Shown here piece by piece: positions 1 through 11,227 of a stretch of DNA of 64,000 nt. Within the stretch, counting starts at the first letter, position 1. Each line of letters begins with the position of its first letter. The position numbers and the translations under genes were made by a program. Under the pieces are notes generated by a model. It did not search any database and was not told the DNA's origin. It saw nothing but the letters and a program-made list of their open reading frames with translations. The stretch is from Epithemia pelagica (taxonomy: Eukaryota; Protista; Bacillariophyta): the NCBI GenBank assembly GCA_946965045.2, contig OX337228.1, positions 2,914,001 through 2,978,000 of the forward strand, given 5' to 3'.

Positions 1-888
1 CATCAAGAGGTAAACATTTCACGTTCATCATCGGTGAACCTACCGAAAAGCGGTCATTAACAGGCCGAATGGGCTGGAAGATCGGTGAGGCCGGACCCCG
101 AGTTCGAAACTTTCGAACTTGCGTCATCGGCAATGTAACGGCACACCCAAGGTCCGCTTCATCTTGATAACTATAGGGATGAGTGCGTTCAAGATCCTTG
201 TTATCTCCAGATGAGGATGATTCGTTCATCTTTTCATAGACACAATCTAACATTCGTTCAATTGCAACGCCCCGAACAGGATCTGAATGGAGATCAAACA
301 TCAGTACAGGATCACTGCCTTCGTCCACATGAAATATCGGAGTCAAGATCTCGTACGAACAATTGAAGCGGCATTTCCCCAAGTTATGAAAACGTTTGTC
401 AGGCGACGACGAATTCGGATTAACAGCCCAAAGGCCTCTCCCGAATGATGAAACCCCTGTGTTGTTGGGGAATGGACGAGGTTTGTTTGTATTGTAAAAG
501 AAGTCGTAGGCATATTTCTCCCACTCGTCCAATTGATCCGGTTGCACAATCCATGCCACAGCGGTGTCGACACTTTTTGTGGCATTTGTAGTCCATTTGC
601 AATGCGTTCATAGCCTGGAACATGAACAAAAGGGTACTCGGAGGCATTGGGTAGAACCTCTGCTATTATCGATGACATCGTTATGGTGAGCCAACGCCGT
701 GCAAGAAGAACCATCGATGCTTCTGTGAGAGCTCGATCAGCGATGGAATCAAAATGTGTATCTGCTAAGTCGCGTTCACTGTTTCTGAGCATGTAGAAAC
801 CAAAAGTCCCCAAAATTACGGCCGCAACAATCAGGCATAAAACAAAAAGAAGGCGGCCTATTTTGATGGCAGAGTCCGTATCGAGCAT
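1..888 (-). CDS. Membrane protein with an N-terminal TM helix and a CHASE-like extracellular sensor region (diatom receptor/cyclase-like family); runs off the window edge; -1 frameshift near 590-600
   Basis: ORF 343..888 gives the TM helix (GRLLFVLCLIVAAVILGTFGFY) and YPFVHVPGYERIAN. A different frame then continues openly to the window edge: TNATKSVDTAVAWIVQPDQLDEWEKYAYDFF...GVSSFGRGLWA...SYEILTPIFH...LMFDLHSD. No catalytic domain is visible in the window. Confidence 0.5.
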
Positions 889-1404
889 TGACCTTGAGTT
901 AGGGCCGTACCCAGAGAGATCATCCTCTCTGTATTGACCGAGGATTGTCTCTCATTGGTGTCGAAGAAACTGAATCTCTCTCTGGATTTTCTATCGTGCC
1001 TTTCATCTTCATGATGATGCGCTGCAAACAAATTGGAGTAAGAGGGGAACAGATCCAGTTCTTCACGAACGCGCAAAGGGAAGCGAGATGCGAGGTCAGA
1101 GAGGTAGAGAACATAGAACATGTTTTTTGTTTTTGTTTTTTGTCGCATGTTCGCTGTGGCTTAAAATGAGAAGGGAGAAGGGAGCGCCACGAATAAGATA
1201 GATAGAGAGGATAGCAAGGGTAGTCCTTTCACTTCACCAGCTCCATGGCGCTACAGAGAGCTAATTTTTCAACAACAAAAAAGATTGTGAAAAACGACTG
1301 ATAGTGTCTTCGACAAAAGAAAACTGTGCTTGTGGTTGCATACCCTAGCACATTGAAACTCTCCTTACCACGTAGTTGTCCAACAAGAAGGGGGACACAG
1401 GAAC

Positions 1405-3992
1405 ATGACGGTTTCCTTGTCGCATCAAAGGACCGAGTCATTGAAGGCTGCCTTGGGCAAGATGGAATCGACGACCAAGGCAGCTTTCCGGTGTGCGGAT
1501 CAGCTCGCAAGCCGAGCTGGGCAACTAGATTCTCTTACAAGCCCAGCATCGGATTCGTCGAACATGCTTAGTCGTGCCAATGTCAACTTAGCCGCGACCC
1601 TCATTCTGATACGAGAAGCTAAAGAAAAGTTTGATACAGGGTCTGATTGTGAACCAGCGATTGAGCGCCTGCACAAGGGTGTCTTATCGTTCCAAGATCG
1701 ATTGAATAGAAACAAATCCACAAATACAACCAATCAATCCGCACTATTGAAACAAAGTCGGGTCAATCTCACGGAGCAAGATATCTATGCTGCAGCTGAT
1801 TCCATGGAAATATTGAGAGATGCATTCAGATACTTTTCTCAGCGGTCCAGTTGGAGAGCAACCCCTGGGACACTATCTAATTTGGAACGTTTGTATAAAA
1901 TGGGTGAAGATAGCATGTGCTTGCTTGTCACCTTGCATTTGAAATCAGCTGGACAAGGAGCACGGCCCCAACGAAACAAACCCGCAATTTCACCTGCTGT
2001 TGAAACAGCTGTTCAGGTAAGGCTTGGGAAAGCAAGGTGAACGTCACTCTCTGTGGTCTGAAACTCACATTTGATGTTGTTGGGTCTCATCCATTGCTAC
2101 CTAGTCTCGAGAGCGCCTTAACAAAGCCCTTTTGAATAGGGATTTGCTCAAGTCGATTGGAGAGTATGACGAGTACCAGCCTCTGGAAGCCCGCCCTATT
2201 CGAGAAATGCGATCCATTTTCGAATGTCTGGCCAGCTATGGGTACTCCCTCGGCCCAGCCCCCAAACGTGAGCCTGCTGGATTGGCAGCCATTTTTGGGC
2301 TTCAACCACAACATATATCACGAACCGAAAAGGTCGGGTCTGGTTGCTACAACAAGTTGACGAAGGTTGAATTAAAAGTGGGATTTCCCCATTTGGACGC
2401 ATACGGTATGGCTCGTCGATCACGTGCCTCCAATTCGTTAGAGGGATACTATCGTCGTCTGAAACGAGAGCGCAAAGAGCGCAGTGAAAAAAGAAACTCT
2501 TCGACGGAGGGCAAGAAGCACCGAGACGATTCGAACGGTGCTATTAATAGTGAAGAAGCAGATACCGCTTCCCGGGACGCAGTGCGTTGCCTAGAACATG
2601 CAATGGTTATCATCGCTGGTGAAAAGAATATTTACCGTACCATAGTTACGCCGACGCTCAATAAAGAAGAAGAAGAAGACGACGACGATGAAGAAGAAGA
2701 GCAGCTTTCCCCATTTTACAAGAAGGCATGCGTTGCGTCCTACTCCTACGTGGTTGGAAGTGTTGTGGATCGGGCCCTCGATATTATCGAAACCGTTTTC
2801 TTGAAGGAGGGTGGAATCGGACAGACGTCTGGGAGCTCGAAGGAGACCAGCGCTTCTTCCGTGGCCCTTACTATTTTAGAAGCCTATGCGGCTGCTGCTG
2901 CAGGATTGAGAATGCTTGATGGTGTCCGGATGCTTGGTCCCTCACTTGCGAAGCTTTGTGAAATGAGTGTGGGGGATCAGAAAACCGAGTCCAACACGAG
3001 CATCGCCGCTGTTCTTTGTATTGCCATCCATCGAACTACGGTAAAAAACGCTGCCCGCACTCTAGAGAATCTTGCCAAAGCTATTCAAGATGATCCAGCC
3101 AAAGGGCCATTACACAGACCGAAGGATGGCAGTGTATCATCGGTCAGCAAAGAAGTTGTTCAAGCCATTCGTGCAATATCGCCTTTTGTGAGTGCTTACA
3201 AGAGTGTTTCAAAACGACGCGCTCTGCCTTGGGATCCAAATATGGGAGAGGACGCTGGTGAAATGGATTCTTTTGTGAGATATCTTGTCATGCGTTTGCT
3301 GAACTCCCTGAAAGGGAAAGCTTTGGAGTACACTCGTGACGGTCGAGAAGATAGTCAGAACAAGGCGCACATTTTCATGATGAACAACGCTTTTTACTTG
3401 TTGGAGGAACTTGGAAAGGGCTCCGATATTGATATGTCTCAGCAGGACGCCGATTATTATCGAATCAATGGAACATGGTTCAACGATAAGATGGATAAAA
3501 TGATGGATTCGGAAAAGAAGAAATACCTCGAAGATTGGGAGGCATTGAATGTTCACTTGACGGCTGTGGACAATAGTGAACTTGAGTACCAGAAGAATGA
3601 TTCGAGAACGCTTTCGCACGAATCGGGGAGGTTGATCAAGCAACGCTTCTCAGGATTCAACGAGTCTTTCGACCGGACGTACCAATTACACAAGCATTTG
3701 TGTGTTATTGATCCACGGCTGAGGCTTTCCCTTCAACAAGACGTGACTGCGGTCTTTGTCCCTCGTTATCGCCGATTCTATGAAAAGTATACAAAGGTAC
3801 GTCTTTCAAATGCCTGTTTGCTCTCTATTTGTTTACAGAAATCGTCTGATTTGATGCGTTATCCAGCTCAAGTTCTCGAAAAAACATCAAAGTGAGTACG
3901 CAAAGTACTCGCCGGAGAAGATCGAAGACATGATGGGAGACATTTTTGTGGACGCTGACGGCTCCACCGACCAGCCTGTCGCATTCTTTTAA
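1405..3992 (+). CDS. EXO70: Exocyst complex subunit Exo70 (3 exons; introns about 2017-2104 and 3798-3866)
   Basis: N-terminal coiled coil plus Exo70 C-terminal motifs HIFMMNNAFY, LIKQRFSGFNESFD and FVPRYRRFYEKY. Splicing aag|gtacgt...tccag|ctcaag restores LKFSKKHQSEYAKYSPEKIEDM, with stop at 3990-3992. Confidence 0.85.
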
Positions 3993-4014
3993 TTACTGTC
4001 GACGACAATTTGAA

Positions 4015-6057
4015 TTAAGGTCGTTCATGCTTCTGTGAAAATAAAGTGGATTGATTCTTGGTTAGGAAGCGGATGAAATCATTGATTTTGGCTAAAATCA
4101 GTTTCACTTCATTAGGTGGAAGATTTGATTCAGACATGATCTGAGGGAGCCGTACAAACAACCGAAGTAAAAACTCAGTACCGTAGATTTCAGCATAAGA
4201 TTTTCCCTCAAACTCTGGATTAGTCTTGATTTCCCTTAGCTGTCCGTATTCTTGCCGATACAGGAGGTTTTCCAGACCCTCGTCAAAGAACAATGCGATC
4301 CCGTCCGCCATATCTCTCCACTCTTGAAGTTGTTGTCGCTGCCGTTCGGCATCTTCGTTGGTTCGGTTGTCTTCATTATTGGCTGGTATTCCCTCTGCGC
4401 CGGAAAGAGACAATGGAATAGAAGCTGTGGTTTCGGAAGCTGTCTGCGAAGATCGCGACGATAATTGCCCTGTACAGCTGTCACTATCGAGTTGTGGAGT
4501 TTCAGATCGAATGGCTTCGTGCTTTGATTTTGCCAAAAGACCTTTTTGTCTCTTGGTCTTTTCACTTTTCGTCCCAATCGAGACTTCTATTTTGGAGAGA
4601 GTTGTGCCCGGATCCACTTTCTCCAAGGTGTCGATTGGAGCACGGGATTCACAATCAATTGTAATATCTGTTGACATCGGGAGCTCGGCTGATGTTGATG
4701 TTGGCTTGACGCCATCGTTATTCGCGCAAGCCGTACTTTGGTCTTTCTCTTGCGAGGGACAGAGATCACCAGGAGTATTTTTGTTCGTCTTGTCGTCAGT
4801 TTCTGAAACAGGAGGTGTTCCACTTTCTGTGTTGATAATGCCTTGCGATGAGGAACAATCCAAACCGGCCTCTACAAACGGTGTAGAAGATGGAGGTTTT
4901 TGAATGTTAGGGATGGGTTTCGCTTCCTCCGAAGATAGAGATACAGCATTAGGTTTCAATTCGCCTTGTCTGTCCGTAATGGAGTCATCTTGTGGAAATT
5001 TTTTTGATAATGGATCTACATGGTTCGAAGGTGCCTGTTGCCTTTCATTGGACGACGCTGGTAATTTCTCAAGTGGATTGTTATCTGTAGAAACACCTTT
5101 TGATCGAATGTACTCATTCAATGCATGTCGAACGGTGATGGGAGCAGGAATGGATGATAGCATGTTGCATTGACAAATGATTTCCCACTGGTCAACCAAC
5201 ACCTTTCGCAGCGGTTGAGGTAAAACAATTGTTTGTTGTGATAGTGCGAAGTTATGATCTCGCTTGGTCAAACTCCTTGTACGTAAGCTCTTTTCGTGCT
5301 CAAGAGTGACCCCCGTTTCTCGACGACGCTTTCGCTTTCGCTCTGGTTGACAAGTTGTTGTTGAAGTTGTCGTTTCGACCTGTGAGTCGCAATTCTTTTC
5401 TATGTCAATTTCGTCCAAGGAAGTCGGCACTTTGCGAGAGATTCCGCGAAGAATATCAAGTTGCGGATTGGGCATCTTCATTTGGAAATCCACTTTATCA
5501 ACGACTTTTCTCCAGGCCTGTAAGAATCCAGCACTATCCGCCGAGGATGTAATCTTCTTTTTACCTCCTTTCTTCAGGGACATCATTAAGCTCCTATGTT
5601 CCTTGCTCAGACGTTGGGCATATTTCTGGACAACGGGGTTGTCGAGTCTGAACAAGCTATCTTCTAGCACCCAACGATCCCACTTTGCACTCCATCCATC
5701 AAAGTGAATGAAATATTGCCAGGACGGTTCGTCGTCGAGATCCAAGCTACATAAATGCTCCGACTCCTGAAAGGAAATGTAGCCTAATTTGCATTGTCGT
5801 ATACCTGATCTGCCGTACAAGGATCGTTGTATCACCCCCTTGTACAGCAACCCGTCTTCATCTCGAGCATACACCTTTTCATGCATCTTAAACTGCGGTG
5901 TTTCTCCATCACCACCCTCCTTGGTTTCAGAGGCTGCATCATGATTGGATGGTGAAGTTGCCGAGGGTGTACATGAGGACGAGACCACATTGTCAGTGCC
6001 ACTTTCTTCATTGGCGCATGTTGATGGTGCGCCCTCGCTTTGGATCAGATCTTCCAT
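4015..6057 (-). CDS. EAF3: MRG family chromatin protein (Tudor-knot/chromo-barrel plus MRG domain)
   Basis: KVYARD...YFIHFDGWSAKWDRWV at the N-terminus. MRG motifs LRKVLVDQWEII, DGIALFFDEGLENLLYRQE and YAEIYGTEFLLRLFVRLP. Confidence 0.85.
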   Translation of the reverse strand: MEDLIQSEGAPSTCANEESGTDNVVSSSCTPSATSPSNHDAASETKEGGDGETPQFKMHEKVYARDEDGLLYKGVIQRSLYGRSGIRQCKLGYISFQESEHLCSLDLDDEPSWQYFIHFDGWSAKWDRWVLEDSLFRLDNPVVQKYAQRLSKEHRSLMMSLKKGGKKKITSSADSAGFLQAWRKVVDKVDFQMKMPNPQLDILRGISRKVPTSLDEIDIEKNCDSQVETTTSTTTCQPERKRKRRRETGVTLEHEKSLRTRSLTKRDHNFALSQQTIVLPQPLRKVLVDQWEIICQCNMLSSIPAPITVRHALNEYIRSKGVSTDNNPLEKLPASSNERQQAPSNHVDPLSKKFPQDDSITDRQGELKPNAVSLSSEEAKPIPNIQKPPSSTPFVEAGLDCSSSQGIINTESGTPPVSETDDKTNKNTPGDLCPSQEKDQSTACANNDGVKPTSTSAELPMSTDITIDCESRAPIDTLEKVDPGTTLSKIEVSIGTKSEKTKRQKGLLAKSKHEAIRSETPQLDSDSCTGQLSSRSSQTASETTASIPLSLSGAEGIPANNEDNRTNEDAERQRQQLQEWRDMADGIALFFDEGLENLLYRQEYGQLREIKTNPEFEGKSYAEIYGTEFLLRLFVRLPQIMSESNLPPNEVKLILAKINDFIRFLTKNQSTLFSQKHERP

Positions 6058-6522
6058 TGGACTTGTCGTTGTTCTTGTTCCGTCGATGGAGTGAACGTTT
6101 ACTTCGACACCTTCCTCCCACCAATGAGTTCCATGGACACTCCATTTGCATTGCCCTCTCCCTTTTCATCAGGTTGACGCCGGACCGCGCATTTCTCAAG
6201 CGCGTCGATTCTTCCGCTTTAAGGGCCATAGTCTTACTATCTATAGCCTATCTAACCGCAGCGCGCCCGCCGTTGTTCTTGCTCCACGTCCGCGTCCGCC
6301 GTGGACCGGAGAGAAAAAAATGAGCAACCCGCACAGATTACAGATGCATCGATTCTCGTGGACAAGGGACCAGGCCGTAAACCTTTGAACTACATTCAAT
6401 TCAAAACTGAAAGACACGAATTGGAACTGGCATGACGTTCCTGTGACCGCGTCCGGGATGCAGGAAGAAGGACATTAGCGGTTGTTGTGGTTTATCATTC
6501 TTGTTTTCTAACGAGTTCAGAT

Positions 6523-8421
6523 ATGAACCGAAATGGCAAACATGACACAAACAAGAAAAGGACTGCGGAGCCTACAGCTAGGGCAAGTGGAAATGCCTTT
6601 TCTGTCTTGATGTCATCAACCAAGAAACGCGCTGGAAGCCTGAGAAACATGACCAAAGTTTCTGCCCGCTTTGTTTTGTGTCCAGCAGGATGTGGCATGC
6701 ATATTGCCGAACCAAATATTCATCGGCATTTGGATCAGTGCATACAGCAAGACAAAGAACCTCATCAAAATATCACAAGCCAACGTCCTGGTGAAGAAGC
6801 CAGTACTTTCGTATCACCGCTTCCAACAACACAAGGTGGAAAACAGATCTTCTCGCCTTCTAATCAAACTGGGAGCGTACCCAAACAGCCTCTTTCCCAA
6901 GGCGATGGTTCACTTGAGCAAATCATTGACGTATCTGGCGTAGTAGAAATCTCATCCGAGTCGAACGACAATCGTGGTCGGAGGTCACAGAGCCCCATTT
7001 CCGAAGAGAAGAATGCTTTTCACCACTTAATGACACAATCACGGATGCAGTCGACACAGCAGGAAATTACCTCTGAAGAAACCACTCCTTCGATATATTT
7101 GTGTCTCTCTAATCGTGGAAAGAATGACCAATGCGTCGTCTCCTTGGAAGCTCCAAGAGTACATCATGGCTCAGTGCCTACTGCCTGGGAAGGAACAGTG
7201 CACGTGGTCGATCGGTCCCAGGATCTACCTTATCGCTGTTTCGTCGGTCTGCGTTCATCCATTCCGTCGAAGCTGGATGCGACCATTGGGATGACAAGTC
7301 CACCAGAACAAGAACAATCACAGCAGCAGCAGCATCCAAAGCGTCGCTGGGTGCGGCAGCATTCACGATTATCTGTACCGGTGCTGAAATCAGTGCTTCA
7401 AAAATCGATTCGACGACGCCGACCCTTGCCCTCGGTTCGAGTTGCAATGGAGCTTGCCGACAAATCTTTGGGTGATTTGTTGCGCCGGCTACCAATAATC
7501 ATTCTTGAAGATTCTACGTTGCATCCACAACTACCTTTCCTCGTTTGGCTAATGATGGCTCATAGTTGTTCTTCGACGGAATCCTACAATATACCAGATG
7601 TTCTCATGGAACGTGTCTTTGCCATCATTTTTCAAGTAGCGTCCTGTCGGCTTCGTGATCCGCTTCCCCCCAAACATGATAATTCGACAACTGGTCGGCG
7701 CATCTCCCTTTCTTACCTGCTCCAGAATTTTTCTGGAAGCGATGAAGACGCGAAAAATGGCTTACTGGATAGCACCCTGGTCCCCTTCTCCATTCTTGTG
7801 CGTTCTTGCTACGGGGGCATGAAGTGTGACGTTGTAATGCTTCAAGAATATGCAAGTCTATGGTTTCATCGGTTCTCTTCCATCTCGTCTGAAACCTGTT
7901 CGCACCCTCTTTCCTTTGCTTGCATGAAAGTGTCGAGCGTATCTTCGTGGCGTGAAGTACCAGCGGTGCTTCACGACGAAAGCTCTAAAATACAGAGATC
8001 AGGTCACTTGTCGGCGCTCTTGCAAAACCGTCTTGAATGCTTGACCTTGGACGATGCATCGTGCGAAGGCGTAGATTTTCACTGCTCAAACATTATGGAT
8101 CATTTGTTAAACGACTCATGGTTGGTGGGTGTGGCATCCGACATTATCATGTTGGCCGACGATGAAGGAGAGGATAGCCTTGCAAATATCAAGGGTAACG
8201 AACGTTTGATATGGTTTGAAAAACGGTGGAAATCAGACATGTGGCACTACTGTTCTGGGGTGAATCACCGATTGCCCCTGGTGGACAGTGAGAAATCAGT
8301 TAAACCAAGACCATCGATCAAAACAGATACAGCACATGCCAGAGTATGGAAGGAACTTGTTGCACCAAAAGTTGCCCAATTCCAACGCGACTACATTCGA
8401 CACCGCTTAGCTTATTGTTAA
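6523..8421 (+). CDS. Uncharacterised protein with a UBZ4/Rad18-like zinc finger and a helical domain resembling the MgsA/WRNIP1 C-terminal region
   Basis: CPAGCGMHIAEPNIHRHLDQC, then LKSVLQKSIRR...LLRRLPIIILED. Single long ORF; first ATG at 6523. Confidence 0.6.
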   Translation: MNRNGKHDTNKKRTAEPTARASGNAFSVLMSSTKKRAGSLRNMTKVSARFVLCPAGCGMHIAEPNIHRHLDQCIQQDKEPHQNITSQRPGEEASTFVSPLPTTQGGKQIFSPSNQTGSVPKQPLSQGDGSLEQIIDVSGVVEISSESNDNRGRRSQSPISEEKNAFHHLMTQSRMQSTQQEITSEETTPSIYLCLSNRGKNDQCVVSLEAPRVHHGSVPTAWEGTVHVVDRSQDLPYRCFVGLRSSIPSKLDATIGMTSPPEQEQSQQQQHPKRRWVRQHSRLSVPVLKSVLQKSIRRRRPLPSVRVAMELADKSLGDLLRRLPIIILEDSTLHPQLPFLVWLMMAHSCSSTESYNIPDVLMERVFAIIFQVASCRLRDPLPPKHDNSTTGRRISLSYLLQNFSGSDEDAKNGLLDSTLVPFSILVRSCYGGMKCDVVMLQEYASLWFHRFSSISSETCSHPLSFACMKVSSVSSWREVPAVLHDESSKIQRSGHLSALLQNRLECLTLDDASCEGVDFHCSNIMDHLLNDSWLVGVASDIIMLADDEGEDSLANIKGNERLIWFEKRWKSDMWHYCSGVNHRLPLVDSEKSVKPRPSIKTDTAHARVWKELVAPKVAQFQRDYIRHRLAYC

Positions 8422-8537
8422 CAGTATAGGAGTATGCAATACCAAATTTTTCCTATTATTCGTTGTCGAATACAGAGCAAAAGAAAGCCTCAACAGCCTG
8501 GACCTCTCCATGTGGTTTCAGATGCATAACTAAAGAT

Positions 8538-9635
8538 CTAGAGTTGCACTTGATTAGATGCCTCTTGTGTACCTGAGACTCTTGAGACATGAAGGCCTTG
8601 ATCATCGCTGTCGCCTCCGTTTGTAAATGGGGTGTTATGCTCGGTTGCTTTGTGTGATGGATGATAATAAGTCGTTGGCGGGGGTTGTTCTTGGGGTGCC
8701 CCATAGAGCGAAGGATAATAGTATACAGACGGAGGTGAAGGTTCCGTATTCCTTGGTGGGAATGGACTGGGGTAGCAATGGTGGTAGTACGGATATGAGC
8801 CGTAATAGTTGTGGTAGTGCTGCGAATGTGTATAAAGGTGAGGCTGCGAATGTGTAGAACTTGGGGGAGCTCCTCGACGTAGTTCAACCTCATCTGCTTC
8901 GTTGGAGGGAAAGGAAGAATATTCATTATTGATGTGGTTTTGCTGCCTGAAAGAATCCACCGATGTCCCTGTTGTAGAACACGCCATGTCGAAGTCTTCC
9001 GGTCGTCTTTTGCTTTTTGGCTTTTCAACAGAAACATTGGGAATATTTTCTGGTTGATTTTCTTGCTGATGCAGGTCATGATACTCTTTCATCTTTTGTC
9101 GATATCGCTTGAGTTCATCTTCGGCCTGTTCTTTGAAACTTTTCCGCTCATCTTCGGACAGTGCTCTCCATCTCGCACCTATATACTTTGCTAGAGCTTG
9201 AAACAGCACTGGTGCTACCTTTTTCTTTTTGGATTCAGCAGAAGGATTCTCATTGGTCTCTGACGATTGCTTCGCACATGCGGCTTCCAATGCATCAAAA
9301 TCTGGCAGTTCCAGACCCTTTTGTTGCCGGTCCAGGATTCGTCGCTTTTCGTGAGCGAAAAACAGATTGTACGCGCTTAGCGGACGTTTAGGCATATCTT
9401 TTGGCTTCTTATATCGCTTGCGAGGGTAGTCCTTCAGGCTTTGTGTAGTGATGTTTCGATCTCTCTTTTTGCCATTTTCATACAAATATGGTGTGATAGT
9501 TGCTGGATTTGCTTGCGACCCTGCTGTTGACGATACGTTGATCTGATCGCCATCACGGGAGCTCATATTAATTTTGATTGAAGTTTCATACACAGGACGG
9601 GGCAATTTGTCGTCGTTTCTCCCCAACATGAACAT
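8538..9635 (-). CDS. HMG-box transcription factor 1
   Basis: KKPKDMPKRPLSAYNLFF...FQALAKYIGARWRALSEDERKSFKEQAEDELKRY, followed by a Y/H/P-rich tail. The start could be 9566. Confidence 0.85.
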   Translation of the reverse strand: MFMLGRNDDKLPRPVYETSIKINMSSRDGDQINVSSTAGSQANPATITPYLYENGKKRDRNITTQSLKDYPRKRYKKPKDMPKRPLSAYNLFFAHEKRRILDRQQKGLELPDFDALEAACAKQSSETNENPSAESKKKKVAPVLFQALAKYIGARWRALSEDERKSFKEQAEDELKRYRQKMKEYHDLHQQENQPENIPNVSVEKPKSKRRPEDFDMACSTTGTSVDSFRQQNHINNEYSSFPSNEADEVELRRGAPPSSTHSQPHLYTHSQHYHNYYGSYPYYHHCYPSPFPPRNTEPSPPSVYYYPSLYGAPQEQPPPTTYYHPSHKATEHNTPFTNGGDSDDQGLHVSRVSGTQEASNQVQL

Positions 9636-11227
9636 GCTTGAATCACCTGAGACCTGAGACCTCTGTTACCTCTGATCGGGCAAGAGCACGTCGTCCTTCT
9701 CGGTTTCAAATCTATAGCCGTTACAGTTACAACTGTCCAGTATACTTTGCGTAAGAGTGTGAGGATATTCATAATTAATACGATCGTTGAGAGTATACGA
9801 TTACGATGCGCGACCGCAGGACAGAATAATATGATCTAACGTTCATATTTCATATTACAAGTGAATCCTTAATCCTAGTGAAGTTGCTGCTTTGTACTCC
9901 TAATCAAGTCCGCGTAAAAGTCTATCATGAGAACCCTCAGATTAGATGTCCGCTTCTTAGCAAGAAGGCTGCCCGGAAAGCAGATATCCAATCTCACAGA
10001 CAGCCAAACAGGTTTTTTTTCTCCATTCTCATCCCATTTTCCATCAAAAATCAGAAAGGACACGCCGGCATTACTTTGTCACAATTCAAAACAGTTCGAA
10101 CGGCCCAGCGTGCATGACGGTTCAAATTCAGTCTCATTCCTCCAAAAAGGCAAACGAACAACGAACCTCAATCACGGCACCCATGTCCATGGTTTGTGAG
10201 CTTCCATGCAAGTAAGGTAAGTCAGAAAAGACAAAGCTGTTACTAGAAGTGTCCCTCCCTGCTGCCTGCTTGTGTTTGCCATTTTCTGGAATCCTTGCGA
10301 CTGCGACATCTCATGTCTCACCACTCTGACATTGCTGATTAGTCTTGATGATTGATTCATTTGTAGGAGTAGTTTGTAGCCCTTTTACTTTGATACTCCT
10401 ACTAGTCTACGTAGAATTCCTAGTCTTTATCATACCGTATATCGTAGTCATAGGGGTAAATATCAATGTTAACGGTGTCATGGTGGAGTCTGGACTCTCG
10501 TGTTCATTGTTCATTGCTTTCATCCCACTCCTTTCTCGTCTTCACCTTTAAGAAGAAACAAATAACACTAAGCATTTTCCTCCATGAGCATTTGACCAGA
10601 CTTCAGGAGCAGATCGTAGCCTATAAAGTGGTGACAATCAGCCACATATTATCGCTACGACGAAACCAAAGCGTCACCTACCTACTAGAGAACTCAAAGC
10701 ACGGGGGTGACAAGCCTAATAATGAGAAAATGGGCAAAGATACTATCAATCCTACAGAAGGAACAAAAGATCACACAGCAACTATAGGAAAGACGCACTC
10801 AATCGACAACGACTGCACCATGGTCATATTGGTCCGTGATCAGTGTTTTGTGTTTTGGTCGGCCCTACTACAGATTTTGTCCTCACGATTTTATGAGAGG
10901 TTGTCGCCAGCGTCCGAAATTTCAATCGTGTTGATCAGAGGACGCCCGCCAACCATCAACGGTCACTTTCACGCCGGCCATTCTAGATGACGTTTTTGCT
11001 TTTGTGAGTTTTAATGGGGAGAAGGACGGACTGTGGAGCAATCATCGTGGTCACAGACAGACCGCAGGGTCGGTCGCATCAAATTGGCTAAGAAGCGGAC
11101 ACATAATCTGAGGGAAACAACAATAATGACTAAGTAGGCCGGTACTCCTGGGTACTGCGTACTCCTATTTTCTCCTGTTAAGATTCCCAATTTATACGAA
11201 CGGGCTTGTCCATAGCAAGCCACTTAT

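Noticed and set aside
9700-11200. ORFs and mild TpA richness between the two HMG genes
   Set aside because: The translations have no coding-like features, and the compositional skew is much weaker than at 13.3 kb, so I cannot support a call.
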